DNA of 63,830 bases, the filler included, from Limisphaerales bacterium (GTDB taxonomy: Bacteria; Verrucomicrobiota; Verrucomicrobiia; Limisphaerales; SIBE01): the NCBI GenBank assembly GCA_044225505.1. It is 8 parts of 8 records of this genome, joined end to end, with 100 filler letters (N's around TTAATTAATTAA, not from the genome) between each part and the next. Parts side by side here need not be neighbours in the genome. Positions count along the whole stretch, not along the records: positions 17,871 to 26,899 come from JBGAIN010000262.1; positions 27,000 to 35,432 come from JBGAIN010000263.1; 6 more parts are not named here. The stretch is one strand, 5' to 3'. Below, piece by piece: positions 17,871-28,457 of the stretch (position 1 is the first letter of the stretch; every line of letters starts with the position of its first letter). The notes under the pieces were generated by a model, which was not told the DNA's origin, ran no database searches, and worked only from the letters and a program-made list of their open reading frames with translations. Made by a program: the position numbers and the translations under genes.

Positions 17871-20800
17871 ATCCAGGGGGAGCTCAGTGCAGGAAAGCCA
17901 AACCGCGAACAGGTGGCTTTCGACCAGGTCTCGGTTGGCCAGATCCAGCAGGGGCGGTCTTACCTCGCCGTGGACCATGGCTTTAGGGTTGCGGAAGAAG
18001 TACTGGTCATGCGGGCTCAAGGCGGAGCTGTAGGTCAGAACCAGGGCTGCCTGTCCGCTGCGTCCGGCTCGACCGCTGCGCTGGGCGTAATTCGCAGGAG
18101 TGGGCGGAACGTTGCGAAGGTAAACTGCGTTCAGCGCCGAGATATCTACACCCAACTCCATAGTCGGGGAGCAAAACAGCACCGGCAGGAAACGGTTCGC
18201 TTCCCCAATTTCCCGCAGATGCTTCTCATCAGCCGACAACTCGCCTCGTTCCTTTTCACCAAAACGGAACCGTTTTTCTCTGACCGCGCGCTTTTCACCA
18301 TCGACCTGCGCTGTGTGCTCCCGTGCCTCAAACCCAAAGAGGGGGTGAACCGGGGCGCTCAGGGTGCCGGCGAGGTTCTCATATAACGCTGTGAAGAACG
18401 CGTTTTCTTCAGATTCGGCAGGCCCCAATGGCGCTCCTCGTTTAAAGAGAACGCATGCGTCGTTCAGCCTGAAGCCGACCTGCTCGCCAAACGGCGTCGT
18501 TTCTTCTGACACGAGTCCATGAACACAGGCGGCCCTGAGAAGCGCCTCGATCAAGGTGTCGAACTCCTTGGGCTTGAGATCCCGCACCGCTACCGGACTG
18601 GCCCAGAGCGGACCGCCTTCCGGAGTTTTAGAGGAGCGAAGGGTTTTCCCAAGGGAACTGCGGGAACCACCGCGAACGATTAAATCCTCATCCCGTAGGC
18701 TGGTGTCCTTTCGCGCTGGGGGTGAGATCAGAAGCCAGCGGGCCCGACGCGGTTTCTCATCGATGCCAAATCCCCAGGGAGCCCGCAGGCGACTGTGGGA
18801 CTTTTGCAGGAGTTGCTCAACGAAAGTTCCCTCCAGAATTTGGCTCCGGATGGCCATCCACTTGCGCAAATGATCGAAAACCTGCCGATATACGGCTTTG
18901 CGCTCTGCAGGGCTTGCGAGACGCAACACATCAGGAGCGGTGGCGAACGCGGGTTCATCAGACGCCAAATCGTCCAGACCGAGGTAATCCACCGTGACCA
19001 GCTTGAGCTGTTCAAGGTTTGGGTTGGTGTAGCGCCAACCGCGGCGTTGATCAAACCAGACCCGATACGAGAGCACCTGACGCAGTGTCGTTTCCGCTTC
19101 CTGCAGGTTGAAACCCTTGAGACCGGGCTCCTGCAGCCACTCGGCACGCAATTCAGGTGAGCTACGGTCGAGGCCAAGCGCCCGCTGCTGGGCAAGGCCA
19201 AGTTCATCGGCGCGCAGACCCTTCGCTCTCGCCGCATCCAAGGCGCCAAGGAAGGCCGCGCGAATGAGGCTGACGAAAAGAAAGTCGTTGAAGTGACCCG
19301 ATTGAAGAGCCGCATCCTGACGGTTGTCCGTGAACCCCAGCAGCTTGCGGGTATGAGGCGTAAGCCCCGAGTCTGAGCCGTGCATCCAGCGGAGTGCACT
19401 GGCAACCAGCACCGTGGTGGCTGAGCTACGTCCCTCAGCAGAAAGTGAGGCCAGCCGCGTGCGGTCTCGCGCGGAGGTGCTGTGAGTCATGCCGCATCGC
19501 AGGCAAAAGCGGAACCGGCCAGGAATGAACCAGGCCTTCAAGCCGTTCCCGACTCGTCCTTCTGGAGATACACGAAAATTCAGCGCCCGGGAGGAGCTGT
19601 AATGCTTCTTAAGACGAGGCGTGCCGTTTGCGTCAAACTCCAGCCAGATCTCCGGGTAATCCTCTTCTCGATCCGAGAACTTGAAATCCTCATCCTGCGC
19701 GTGCGGGGTCAGGAATCCAAAGACCTCTTTGTCGGTCGGCGCCGACTCGTCTTCCTCTGTTTCCTCATCCGGCCTAGAGGGGGCGGTGTCTTCGATGTCA
19801 CGCGGAAGGAAGGCGCGGATCTCGCCATCCAAAGTCAGACGGACAGGGTGGTATTCGTGGCCACATTCACGACAAAAATGAAGCGGGTAGAGCCGCTTGT
19901 CCGGCTGGCCAGGCAGGAACTGTTGTCCCTCGACGGTGATCTTCCTTTGCCAGCAGATTCAAGAGTTGCGTATGCGTGTCCGGCTCCCGGAAATAAACTG
20001 GTGCAGTTTGAAGGCAAAGAAGCTCTTGGTGGAAGCTGCGTCACGCCCGGTGCGATCCTGCTCCGTAAGACTTGATTGAAGCAGCAAAGTTCTCAGGGCC
20101 GCTCGGCTCAGTTGCTCGGGACGATCGGCATCCTTGCTCAAGCCTTCCGCGGCCTCGTTGAGCGTGAGTGGACGTGCCCGCACCCAGCGTTGATCAGCTT
20201 CTGACCAGGCCACCCCGAGCCGGGTCTCCACCCAGATAACCAATGGATGCAGACGCAAATCGGTATCCGACAATCCGGACGAAATGCCCGCGTCTATCGC
20301 CGGTCCCAGGCGGCTTCTTACGGAAGCGGCGGTTTCGGCCGGATTCGTCACCCGCTCCAGCGTCTCGACGATGACATTGCTTTCCGGGATCTCCGTAGCA
20401 AACAGGCGCGAAGCCACGCGGCTGACGACTTTGCCCTTATCCTCCATGGACCCCTCGCTGGCCATCGTGGCGGAGGTGCCAATGCACAGGAGGTTTTCCG
20501 GGGACAGCCGCTCGCGCACACGTCGAACAAGCAAAGCCACATCGGCTCCCTGGCGTCCCCGATACGTGTGTAATTCGTCGAGGACCAGGAAACGCAGCCC
20601 GGCACAGTTCCCGATGACTTTTCGGTCCACCTCGTCCTGACGGGTCATCAGGAGTTCGAGCATCATGAAGTTCGTAAGAAGGATATCCGGCGGGTTGTCC
20701 GCGATGGACCGGCGTTCGTCCATATCCTCCTGACCGGTGTAGCGAGCAAACGTGACCGGGCGCTCGCCTTTCACATTGCCAACGAATTTATTGAGCTCCT

Positions 20801-21260
20801 CCAACTGGCTGTTGGCCAAGGCATTCATCGGGTAGATGATGATTGCCCGCGTTCGCCGCCCTGCTGTCTTGGCCTTTTCTGTCAAAACCGCGCTGACGAT
20901 CGGAATGAAAAAACACAGCGACTTGCCGGAACCCGTGCCCGTGGTCACGACAAAGCTCTCGCCTTGAGCTGCCAGGGCAATCGCTTGCTCCTGGTGCTTG
21001 TGAAGACGAAGGGGAATGCCCTTGTCCTGGAAAATCTCAGGAATGCGCGGATGGAGCGCACCGCCTTTTACCAGGCTGTCGAACGAAGCGCCCGGTTTGT
21101 AGCTCGGATTGATTTGGATGAGCGGGTCCGGCCAGAAACGCCCCTCGGCGTAGATTGCTTCGACCTGCTTCTTAATGTCCTCCGCCCGAATGGTGGTGAA
21201 CGAGGTGGCGAATTTTCGATATTCCCCAACGACCGCATCTCGCAAAGAAAAAACGTCCAT
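17871..21260 (-). CDS. Large DEAD/DEAH-box SF2 helicase of the YprA/DUF1998 group; two frameshifts near 19945-19990; 3' truncated
   Basis: TTGTGSGKS, YPMNALANSQ, DELHTYRGRQG, TSAT, FCRECG, FTDNRQDAALQSGHFND, CSPTMELGVDI and NYAQRSGRAGR. The two called ORFs join through KLHQFISG / AGHAYATLE / RKITVEGQQFLP. Confidence 0.88.
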
Positions 21261-21805
21261 GCTTCGGGCGCTCATCTTATTGGTAGATGGACGTGAGTCT
21301 GCCTGCCGGACTTCGCGGTACGTGGTCTTCGCGAGAGCCGGTGGCTCCGATGTCGTCTCCAGCTGCCCCCCGTCTTGACCCACGAATCAACCAACGCTGT
21401 TGCATAGAATTCTCCCCCACTGTTCACATCGCAATCCGTTCCAACGCAGCAGCAGAGGGTACTTGCGCCAGAGTGTAGAGATTTTGTCCGATTGAGCCAG
21501 AGAAAAGCTCACGACGCCGGTTACGGTGTACTGTCATAGACCACTTGAACTAACGCACACCTTTGTGCCAAGCAGGGCCGCCGGTTGATCGTTGGGCACA
21601 ACCTTCAGCACCAGCATTAGCAGCTCCAATAAGGTCGGAGCTCACCCGCGCGCCCTTCGAGTGGAGATAATCTCGCTGGGGCCAAGAACCTGGTGAAGTT
21701 GGTTTGACGGCGAGGTTTGGGAGCGCTCGGCCGTTTGTGATCAGTCCCTCAAAACCCTGAGCCGCAAAATTGCAGCGCCGGAATCAGCGCCAAACATGAA
21801 CTTCG

Positions 21806-22450
21806 ATGAACCATAAAAGCATTAAGCAAAGTCCCAACGCAACCAAACCCACTCAGACACTCCTGCGCGCCAACCCTCAGCTCATGTTCCTGCCGGCAGG
21901 CTGCGAGGATCTTCAGGACTCCCATTACGAGCCCTACCTCGATTGCTACGTGCCCGAGGGAGCAATCGTACTGGAAAGCAAAGGAAAGGGCCGAGTAGGA
22001 GTCGGAAATGGATGTGTCCCGATCGTGCTGCTTCGCACCAAAGCAGCCGGTCTGACGTTTACTCCGTCAACTCGCGACCGCGTACCGGCCGAAGTGGCGC
22101 GGATATTGCACGAGCAATTCGAAAGCTTGACTGGGAAGCCCAACCAAGGATGTGCGCTCCGTTTTGTCGAATGGCTGTACGACAAGCGGCCACTGACCAA
22201 AGTGGCGCTTTTGGAATACTTTTTATCAAAGCCTGATGACTGGTTGATCGGGCTTCCGGGTGAGACTCAGCTACGAGATTTTTTCTCTCAACCGCCACTG
22301 GGCGCAGGGCCTGATGGCTCGACGATTTGGTATTCCCTTCGACACCTTCAGCCAAGTGAGAATGACCTAACCAAGCAGCCAGGGCAGCAAAATGAGGCTG
22401 CCTTTAACAATTCACGCGGTTTCGCTCGAACCGGCATTTGGCGAGCATGA
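21806..22450 (+). CDS. Hypothetical protein
   Basis: 214-aa ORF with ATG start and globular composition; no motif recognised. Confidence 0.55.
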   Translation: MNHKSIKQSPNATKPTQTLLRANPQLMFLPAGCEDLQDSHYEPYLDCYVPEGAIVLESKGKGRVGVGNGCVPIVLLRTKAAGLTFTPSTRDRVPAEVARILHEQFESLTGKPNQGCALRFVEWLYDKRPLTKVALLEYFLSKPDDWLIGLPGETQLRDFFSQPPLGAGPDGSTIWYSLRHLQPSENDLTKQPGQQNEAAFNNSRGFARTGIWRA

Positions 22451-23224
22451 TGTTCCTTCCGCTCCCAAGAGCGCCAGCGCAGGCGTCAATTGGATTTCCA
22501 ACTTGTGGCTCTTTGGGCATCACCGCATCGCGCTGAGCCCGCATGGGCAGCTGTCGCCGTCTCTTGAAAAAGCGGATGAAGATTCTCCCCCTACAACTCT
22601 GCTCGGCCCATGCGAGATGGGTTTCTTCTGAAGAGGAAAGAATCGCCGCCGTCAGGGATCAGTGAATCAGTGCAAGTGAGCCGGGCGCAGACGCAGGTAG
22701 ACACCGCCAACTGACTCAGCATTCTGCCTTTGGGATACAAGAATCACAACGTCCTTTACGAATCACTTTCTGGTAGGTAGCGAAGATGGGATCTCATCTT
22801 GACCGGCCTCGCAATGCGCTGTCGGTCGTTCCTTTCTGTCAACAGTTACTCGTTCGACGCGGACGCTGGTGTAACAAACCCAAGCCACTTCTGAAGGTCT
22901 TTGTCAATCGTGACGTTGGCGTGGCGGATGCAAGCTGGTCTCAAATGACAGAACTGGATCTGGCCTACGGCCAAGCCCGAGTTAAAGCCGTGGGCACTTG
23001 AAATGAGGAAATGGCGCGCGAAAAGGCACCGGTCCCGCCCACTCGCAGAGTTCTCCAACCCAGAGGAATGGTTCGTCGCGTTATGAACACCACTCGAAAT
23101 TCGTAAACGGCTTTCGCCCAACCACATGAAGAACATTGGAAACAGGTCGCAACGCAACTTTGGGAATAACTCTACTCAAATCTCTTGCCCAAAATCGTTG
23201 GTTAGTGAATCTTGCCTGTCCCCG

Positions 23225-23485
23225 ATGAATCCGGTTGACATTCAAGACGAGATTCGAAACCTCGAGATAATTCTCTCGGGAGGCTCGCCTGTTCGGCCAG
23301 CGGCCGATTACGGCAAAGGAGAAGTGGGACACTTTGATGGAGTGAAGGCGCGAAACCCTTCAGTTGAGCCTATCCCAGCCACAGATTCTGTGCGACCGGA
23401 AGTGATTTGGGAATCCTACGTGATTGCGGAAACCGGCGAAATGACGGTGCAACAGCCCCGCGCCCGTTCGGGTCTCGATGAATGA
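23225..23485 (+). CDS. Small acidic hypothetical protein coupled to the downstream gene
   Basis: MNPVDIQDEIRNLEIILSGG...WESYVIAE; its stop overlaps the next start (ATGAATGA). The start could instead be 23126. Confidence 0.55.
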   Translation: MNPVDIQDEIRNLEIILSGGSPVRPAADYGKGEVGHFDGVKARNPSVEPIPATDSVRPEVIWESYVIAETGEMTVQQPRARSGLDE

Positions 23486-25015
23486 TCGCGCTTTTCTTTC
23501 CCTCTTCCACGACCTAGCGGCGACACCGAAGTATCTCGTTAGGATTCGCTCCGCTGACCCGCTCAGCGAGGCCCCTCCGGAAGGCTTTGTCCTGGCTTCT
23601 TCAAGCCCGATCTTCAGTCTGGGAGGAAAACCAGTTCTACCCGATCACCAGGCGTCATTTTCAATCCTGTTCCTCGTCGTACGTGATGCTTTTGTCACGC
23701 TTGGACGAATCCCTACTGACAAACGGCCGCATGTCTGGTTTTCGATTGGAATCACCGCTGTAATTGGAATCCTGACTGGAGCCGTCACTGAAAAAGAGCT
23801 TCTGGCCGAAATCCCAGAAGCTGACGTTCTCCTGATCGAACGCTGGGAAGTCGAAAAGGGCGAACTGCGACCACCAGTCTCGAAAATCTACGGGGAACGA
23901 CCCTCGGTGACCAGAACAACTCTTCCCAAGGAACTGCCCAGCGACCCTGACATCCGCCGCATTATTCGTGAGCTATATTTGAATTTTGATTCTTTAAAGA
24001 ATCACGCCAGAATCGTCAATCCGCATCTCCTTCCCATAATAGAGAAACTGTTGAAAGAATCGGATGATGAAATCAGGCGCCTCATACAGCAAGAACGCGC
24101 ATTGGCTTCAATATCTAAAGAAGCCAAAAGCTCCGATACCGCTGATGCGGTTTTGAGTTTACATAAGAAGACAAATCTTTCTACGGATTCGCTTGTCCAA
24201 CTCAACTCCGCTTTGGCCTACATAATCTCGCAGAGTTTCTACGGCGGGCCGCCCCTGCTCCAGAACGTCTCGTTGATAAGCAGTCATTCTATCTTGGGAA
24301 TTGGAACCGCAATCAAAGCTATACAGCGGCTCACCGAATTCGTAGCAGAAGGGTTTGCTTCCCATCCGGTGGCGGTTGCAATCAAGAAGTTTTATCGCCT
24401 GATTACGGTTGAGACATATCTCTCGAAGGACGGCGGGATTGCAGTGAAGTCCACTCCCGACCAATATCTGAATGATGTGACCAAGGCGGCTCAAATTCCC
24501 AAATTAGCCTATTTTAGCACTCGGATGGGGTTTTCTGAGCATGGCTTCTGTGTCACGGCGGCGACGCAATGTTTAGGTTGTGCCGATTCTGCACGGCGCA
24601 ACTTACTTACGGTTACGCACGAGCTATTGCATTCGCACGCCAAGGGATTGTTTGCCGTTCTTCTGGCAACCGACGGCCCGGAACCCGAAGGCGCACAACT
24701 CCGCTCTCTGATTCAGAATACAGGCGTCTCAGTCACGAATTCGACCGTGACCCAACGGTTCTGCGGCGCGTTACTGTTCTTCAGTTTTTACGTATCCGCA
24801 TCTTTTTTTTGCGGATGGTATAAACAACGTGGTCGCAGAGTATCCACGCTTCGAAGTTGCGGGATCGACAATCAAAAATCTCGATACGGGTCCTGACCCG
24901 GATGACGACGTCGAGATGGCGAGGTTTATGAATTCCTTCGGCTTTCTAAACGAGCTGGTCGTTCACGTTTTAGACCTTCACTACTTTTACGACGCCAACG
25001 CTTCTTTGTATCTTT

Positions 25016-26515
25016 GCCTCGTCAGCAGAATTTGTGGGTAGTTTCGGGCTCCGGAAGCCGGCCGAGGTTGTGATAAAGGGCTAATTCCATCGCGTGATAG
25101 GTTCGGAATCCGTAAGAGCGTCTAGTCACCACTCGAATCTTATTATTCAGGCCCTCGACCGCACCAGCGGATACTTCGCCTTTGGCTTTGAACCAGTTCA
25201 GCAACAGTGGGCGGTGCTTGCGTAGCATCCGCGCCACCTTCTTCATCGGTTCGAGTCGCGTGCGCATCGCCCGGCTGGTCCAGTAGTCCAGAAAACTCCC
25301 AGCCCAGTGGATGGACTTGATCCGCCAGAAATATTGAAAGCACTCTTTGAGATCCCAAGCCCGGCCCGTGGCCAGCTTGCTCTGCAAGAGTCCCTCCAGC
25401 TTGATCCGCACCTGGCGACTGACCCGGTTGCGTCGCCGCAGGAGTTTCCAGCGCATCTTCTTGAGCTTGGCCGCCATCGGTTTGCCGTGCAGCCGGGTGC
25501 TCTCGGCTCGACGGACCTGGTCCACCGCGCGGTTGAGATGCTGCACAATGTGAAAACGATCCAGGATGTGCAAGGCGTGGCCCGCCTTCTTGGCCATGAC
25601 CGCGAGATAGGGTTGCCACATATCGCTGCAGACGTAGCGCAGACCGCTGAGCACCTGCGGCCCCAGCACTTTCAAGCCACACCGCAAGGTCGCCTTGGTT
25701 CGGCGACGCCCCACCCACAATAGTCGCCGACAATGTCCGTCAATTTGATAAATGACGGTCAGGAAACTGTCGGCCCGTTTACCCTGACCCCAGTGGATCT
25801 CGTCAATGCCAATCGAACGAACTGCCTCCAACACCCGGTGAGCCAGCCCCCATTCCACGAACCATTCGACCGAGTGGTAAACCGCTTCCCAACTGGTATG
25901 AAAAGTCCGAGCGGTCTCGCGCCAGGAAAGTCGCCGCGCCCACCGGGCCAGAAAACCCATCATGGCCGTCGTCACCGGTCTCTTACCTTGGCTCCAGGGG
26001 ATGTGCTCGACTCCCACGCCGTGCTCCGCGCATTCCACGCGCCGCGGTTGGTAGAAGAAATGAACGATGATCCCCCACAGCGGTACAAAGAGCCACCGAC
26101 GCTCCGGTAGTTGATCGTAGCCGGGAGAGGGTGTCAGACATGTGGCGCATTTGCCCCGAATCCCTCGGTGCGCCTGGATTTGGGCTTCGATGCGCAACGA
26201 TCCGCCCGACCCGCGCAGCTGAATACTCGAATAAACAAATCCAACGAAGCGTTGAATCCGGTTCAGGATCGTCTTAACCTCCAGCTGAGTGGTTGGTTCT
26301 TTTTTCACACCCGATTCTTGTGAATCGGTTAAAACTATCAACCACTCGTTCTTTCTTCGCTTCGCTTCGGCCTCAGAGCGCGTCGACAAACCGTCCGTTC
26401 ACATCCTCGAGATAGAAGCAGCAGAGCGGTGGCTTGCGAGCCCAAGCTCGCACCGCTCTGCGGTAAATACCCCGTGATCCTCCGTCTTCTTACCCACAAA
26501 TTCTGCTATAGAGCC
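25016..26515 (-). mobile_element. Complete ISL3-family insertion sequence (1500 bp) with 8-bp target-site duplication
   Basis: Terminal inverted repeats GCCTCGTCAGCAGAATTTGTGGGTA / TACCCACAAATTCTGCTATAGAGCC; GTATCTTT duplicated at 25008-25015 and 26516-26523. Confidence 0.95.
25022..26389 (-). CDS. ISL3-family transposase (start uncertain)
   Basis: CxxC and CxxH zinc finger, IGIDE, CSDMWQPY, LDRFHIV and VEGLNNKIRVVTRRSYGFR. Confidence 0.95.
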   Translation of the reverse strand: MSTRSEAEAKRRKNEWLIVLTDSQESGVKKEPTTQLEVKTILNRIQRFVGFVYSSIQLRGSGGSLRIEAQIQAHRGIRGKCATCLTPSPGYDQLPERRWLFVPLWGIIVHFFYQPRRVECAEHGVGVEHIPWSQGKRPVTTAMMGFLARWARRLSWRETARTFHTSWEAVYHSVEWFVEWGLAHRVLEAVRSIGIDEIHWGQGKRADSFLTVIYQIDGHCRRLLWVGRRRTKATLRCGLKVLGPQVLSGLRYVCSDMWQPYLAVMAKKAGHALHILDRFHIVQHLNRAVDQVRRAESTRLHGKPMAAKLKKMRWKLLRRRNRVSRQVRIKLEGLLQSKLATGRAWDLKECFQYFWRIKSIHWAGSFLDYWTSRAMRTRLEPMKKVARMLRKHRPLLLNWFKAKGEVSAGAVEGLNNKIRVVTRRSYGFRTYHAMELALYHNLGRLPEPETTHKFC

Positions 26516-26899
26516 GTATCTTTCAGCGCTCTGGAAATCGTGGGCAATGGTTCCCGGCGTCGCCGACAAACTCGAATGGTATATTCTACGAAGCATTGTT
26601 TCGGTTTCAGTAATCAATATTACAGGACTTTGCTTGGAAGATTTTGGGGGCCTTAATGGCCTTGTAGAACCTTGCGGGCAGACAATAAATGCCCGATTCG
26701 ATGCTGCTCTTGCTCCGCTAATCGCAACAGTCGAGAACCTATGTACCACCGCGGTAAGAGGTTCTGTCCTGCATTCCGTGTTAGCAAAACTGAAGAATGA
26801 CGCGACCAGGCGGTGGTTGCGGAAGGCGTTTTTTCCGAGCCATCTCTTTGCACAGGTTGTCAAGCAATTCCTGTTTTCCCCACAGCTTATGGGCTATTT

Positions 26900-26999
26900 N
26901 NNNNNNNNNNNNNNNNNNNNNNNNNNNNNNNNNNNNNNNNNNNTTAATTAATTAANNNNNNNNNNNNNNNNNNNNNNNNNNNNNNNNNNNNNNNNNNNN
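26900..26999. other. Artificial contig spacer
   Basis: N44-TTAATTAATTAA-N44. Confidence 0.99.
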
Positions 27000-27294
27000 C
27001 TCAGGGACGCCCTACGAAATCCAAGGGTTGGCGTTTGACAGCGGGACCGGCATCGAGCGCGTGGAGCTGTCCGTGGACGGTGGACGCACCTGGCAAATGA
27101 CGTCCCTGGATCGCGATCTGGGCAAATACTCTTGGCGTCGGTGGCGTTTCGGATGGATGCCCCCTCAAACTGGCACTCACCAACTCCAAGTTCGAGCCTT
27201 CAATCGCGGGGGCCAGAGCCAAACCAAAAACCTCTGGAATCGAAGCGGTTATATGCGAAACGTCATTGAACAACTGGATGTGGAGGTCCTTTGA
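27000..27294 (+). CDS. C-terminal dimerisation domain of a sulfite-oxidase-family (SorA-like) molybdoenzyme, 5' truncated
   Basis: GLAFDSGTGIERVELSVDGGRTW, LGKYSWRRW and WNRSGYMRNVIE. Confidence 0.85.
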
Positions 27295-27295
27295 T

Positions 27296-28366
27296 ATGAG
27301 ACAGGGTATCCCTTGGATCTCGCGTCGGTTTGCTCATGGTTTGGTTTGGCTCGCAATCGGCGCCTGGGGCTGCCTCGGCCTCAAGGCCGCTTCGCAAGAC
27401 GGCCGCGGACCAGCCTTAGCAGCCGAGCCGTCGGTCACTCTCCACTCGATCGACCTGCCGCACTTCGAACCCGCAATGCCGGTTGCTGCTGGGTTCAACG
27501 AGTTTCAGGTCGTCTGCGTCAGTTGCCACTCGCCCCGTTACGTCTTGATGCAACCGCCGTTCTCACAACGCCAATGGGAAGAGTCGGTAGATAAGATGGT
27601 TAAGGTCTATGGCGCACAAATGGACAGTGAGCAGAGAAAAGGAATCGTCGACTACCTGTTGGCCATTCGCGGCCCGAACGGTAACGCGGAATCGCAGCCC
27701 AAGGCCGATGACGATTCAGACTTTTCCTCGGCACCAATCCTCGCGGCGCCGTCGGATTGGGCTCCCACTCTCCGCATAGCAACCAACGATAGCGAACGGC
27801 AAAAGGATTTAGATCGCGGGGCAGAACTGTTTGCCCAGAACTGCGCTGGCTGCCATGGTCCATCCGGCCAAGGCAACGGATGGATTAGCCACGTTCTCCT
27901 GCGAAAACCCAAAGACCTGTCGTCCATGCGCTTTTCCAGGCAGCTCCTCAGCCAAATCCTTTGGAATGGGAAACGGGGAACGGCTATGCCATCCTGGCGA
28001 TCCCTCCCCCAAAACGATTTGGCGGCGTTGACCGCGTTTGTGCAAAAACTCCATGTTCCTCCCGACGATGAACTGGCCACGGCCGAGGACCGTCAGCGCG
28101 GGAGTAGCATTTTTGCTGTCAACTGTGCTCCTTGCCATGGGGCGTCTGGAGACGGAAAAGGCGCTGTCGCGATGAACCTGGTTCCAGAACCTGCCAATTT
28201 TAAGCTGAAGCAGCCCAACCCCGAATATATTCGGCGCGTTTTGGCGGAGGGCATCCCTGGGACTGCCATGCCGTCATGGAAGGAACAAATCCCCGAAGCC
28301 GATCGCCGGGTTCTGGCCATCCACGTGCGCTCACTGTTCGAACCAAACGAGCAAGCCGGTCATTGA
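27296..28366 (+). CDS. Tri-haem cytochrome c (SorB-like domain plus two class I c domains)
   Basis: CVSCH...MQPP...KMVKVYGA, CAGCH...GTAMPSW and CAPCH...GTAMPSW; N-terminal signal or anchor. Confidence 0.88.
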   Translation: MRQGIPWISRRFAHGLVWLAIGAWGCLGLKAASQDGRGPALAAEPSVTLHSIDLPHFEPAMPVAAGFNEFQVVCVSCHSPRYVLMQPPFSQRQWEESVDKMVKVYGAQMDSEQRKGIVDYLLAIRGPNGNAESQPKADDDSDFSSAPILAAPSDWAPTLRIATNDSERQKDLDRGAELFAQNCAGCHGPSGQGNGWISHVLLRKPKDLSSMRFSRQLLSQILWNGKRGTAMPSWRSLPQNDLAALTAFVQKLHVPPDDELATAEDRQRGSSIFAVNCAPCHGASGDGKGAVAMNLVPEPANFKLKQPNPEYIRRVLAEGIPGTAMPSWKEQIPEADRRVLAIHVRSLFEPNEQAGH

Positions 28367-28457
28367 ACCTATTCCTCGCGAAGCGATCGTGGAATTTCTG
28401 TCGGTATCCATCCTCGACGTCGTGTCCTGCGCGGATCGTCGGCGCTTGTGCGCGAAT

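Larger units (their letters stand above)
23478..26899 (+). pseudogene. Large HEXXH-containing hypothetical gene, frameshifted and interrupted by ISL3; runs off the contig
   Basis: THELLHSH, then NELVVHVLDLHYFY in another frame. Removing the IS restores ...ASLYLSALWKSWAMVPGVADKLEWYILRS. Confidence 0.75.

Noticed and set aside
19940..19995. Programmed frameshifting in the large helicase
   Set aside because: Two nearby shifts without a clear slippery site, in an assembly with indels even in argS; error or decay is more likely.
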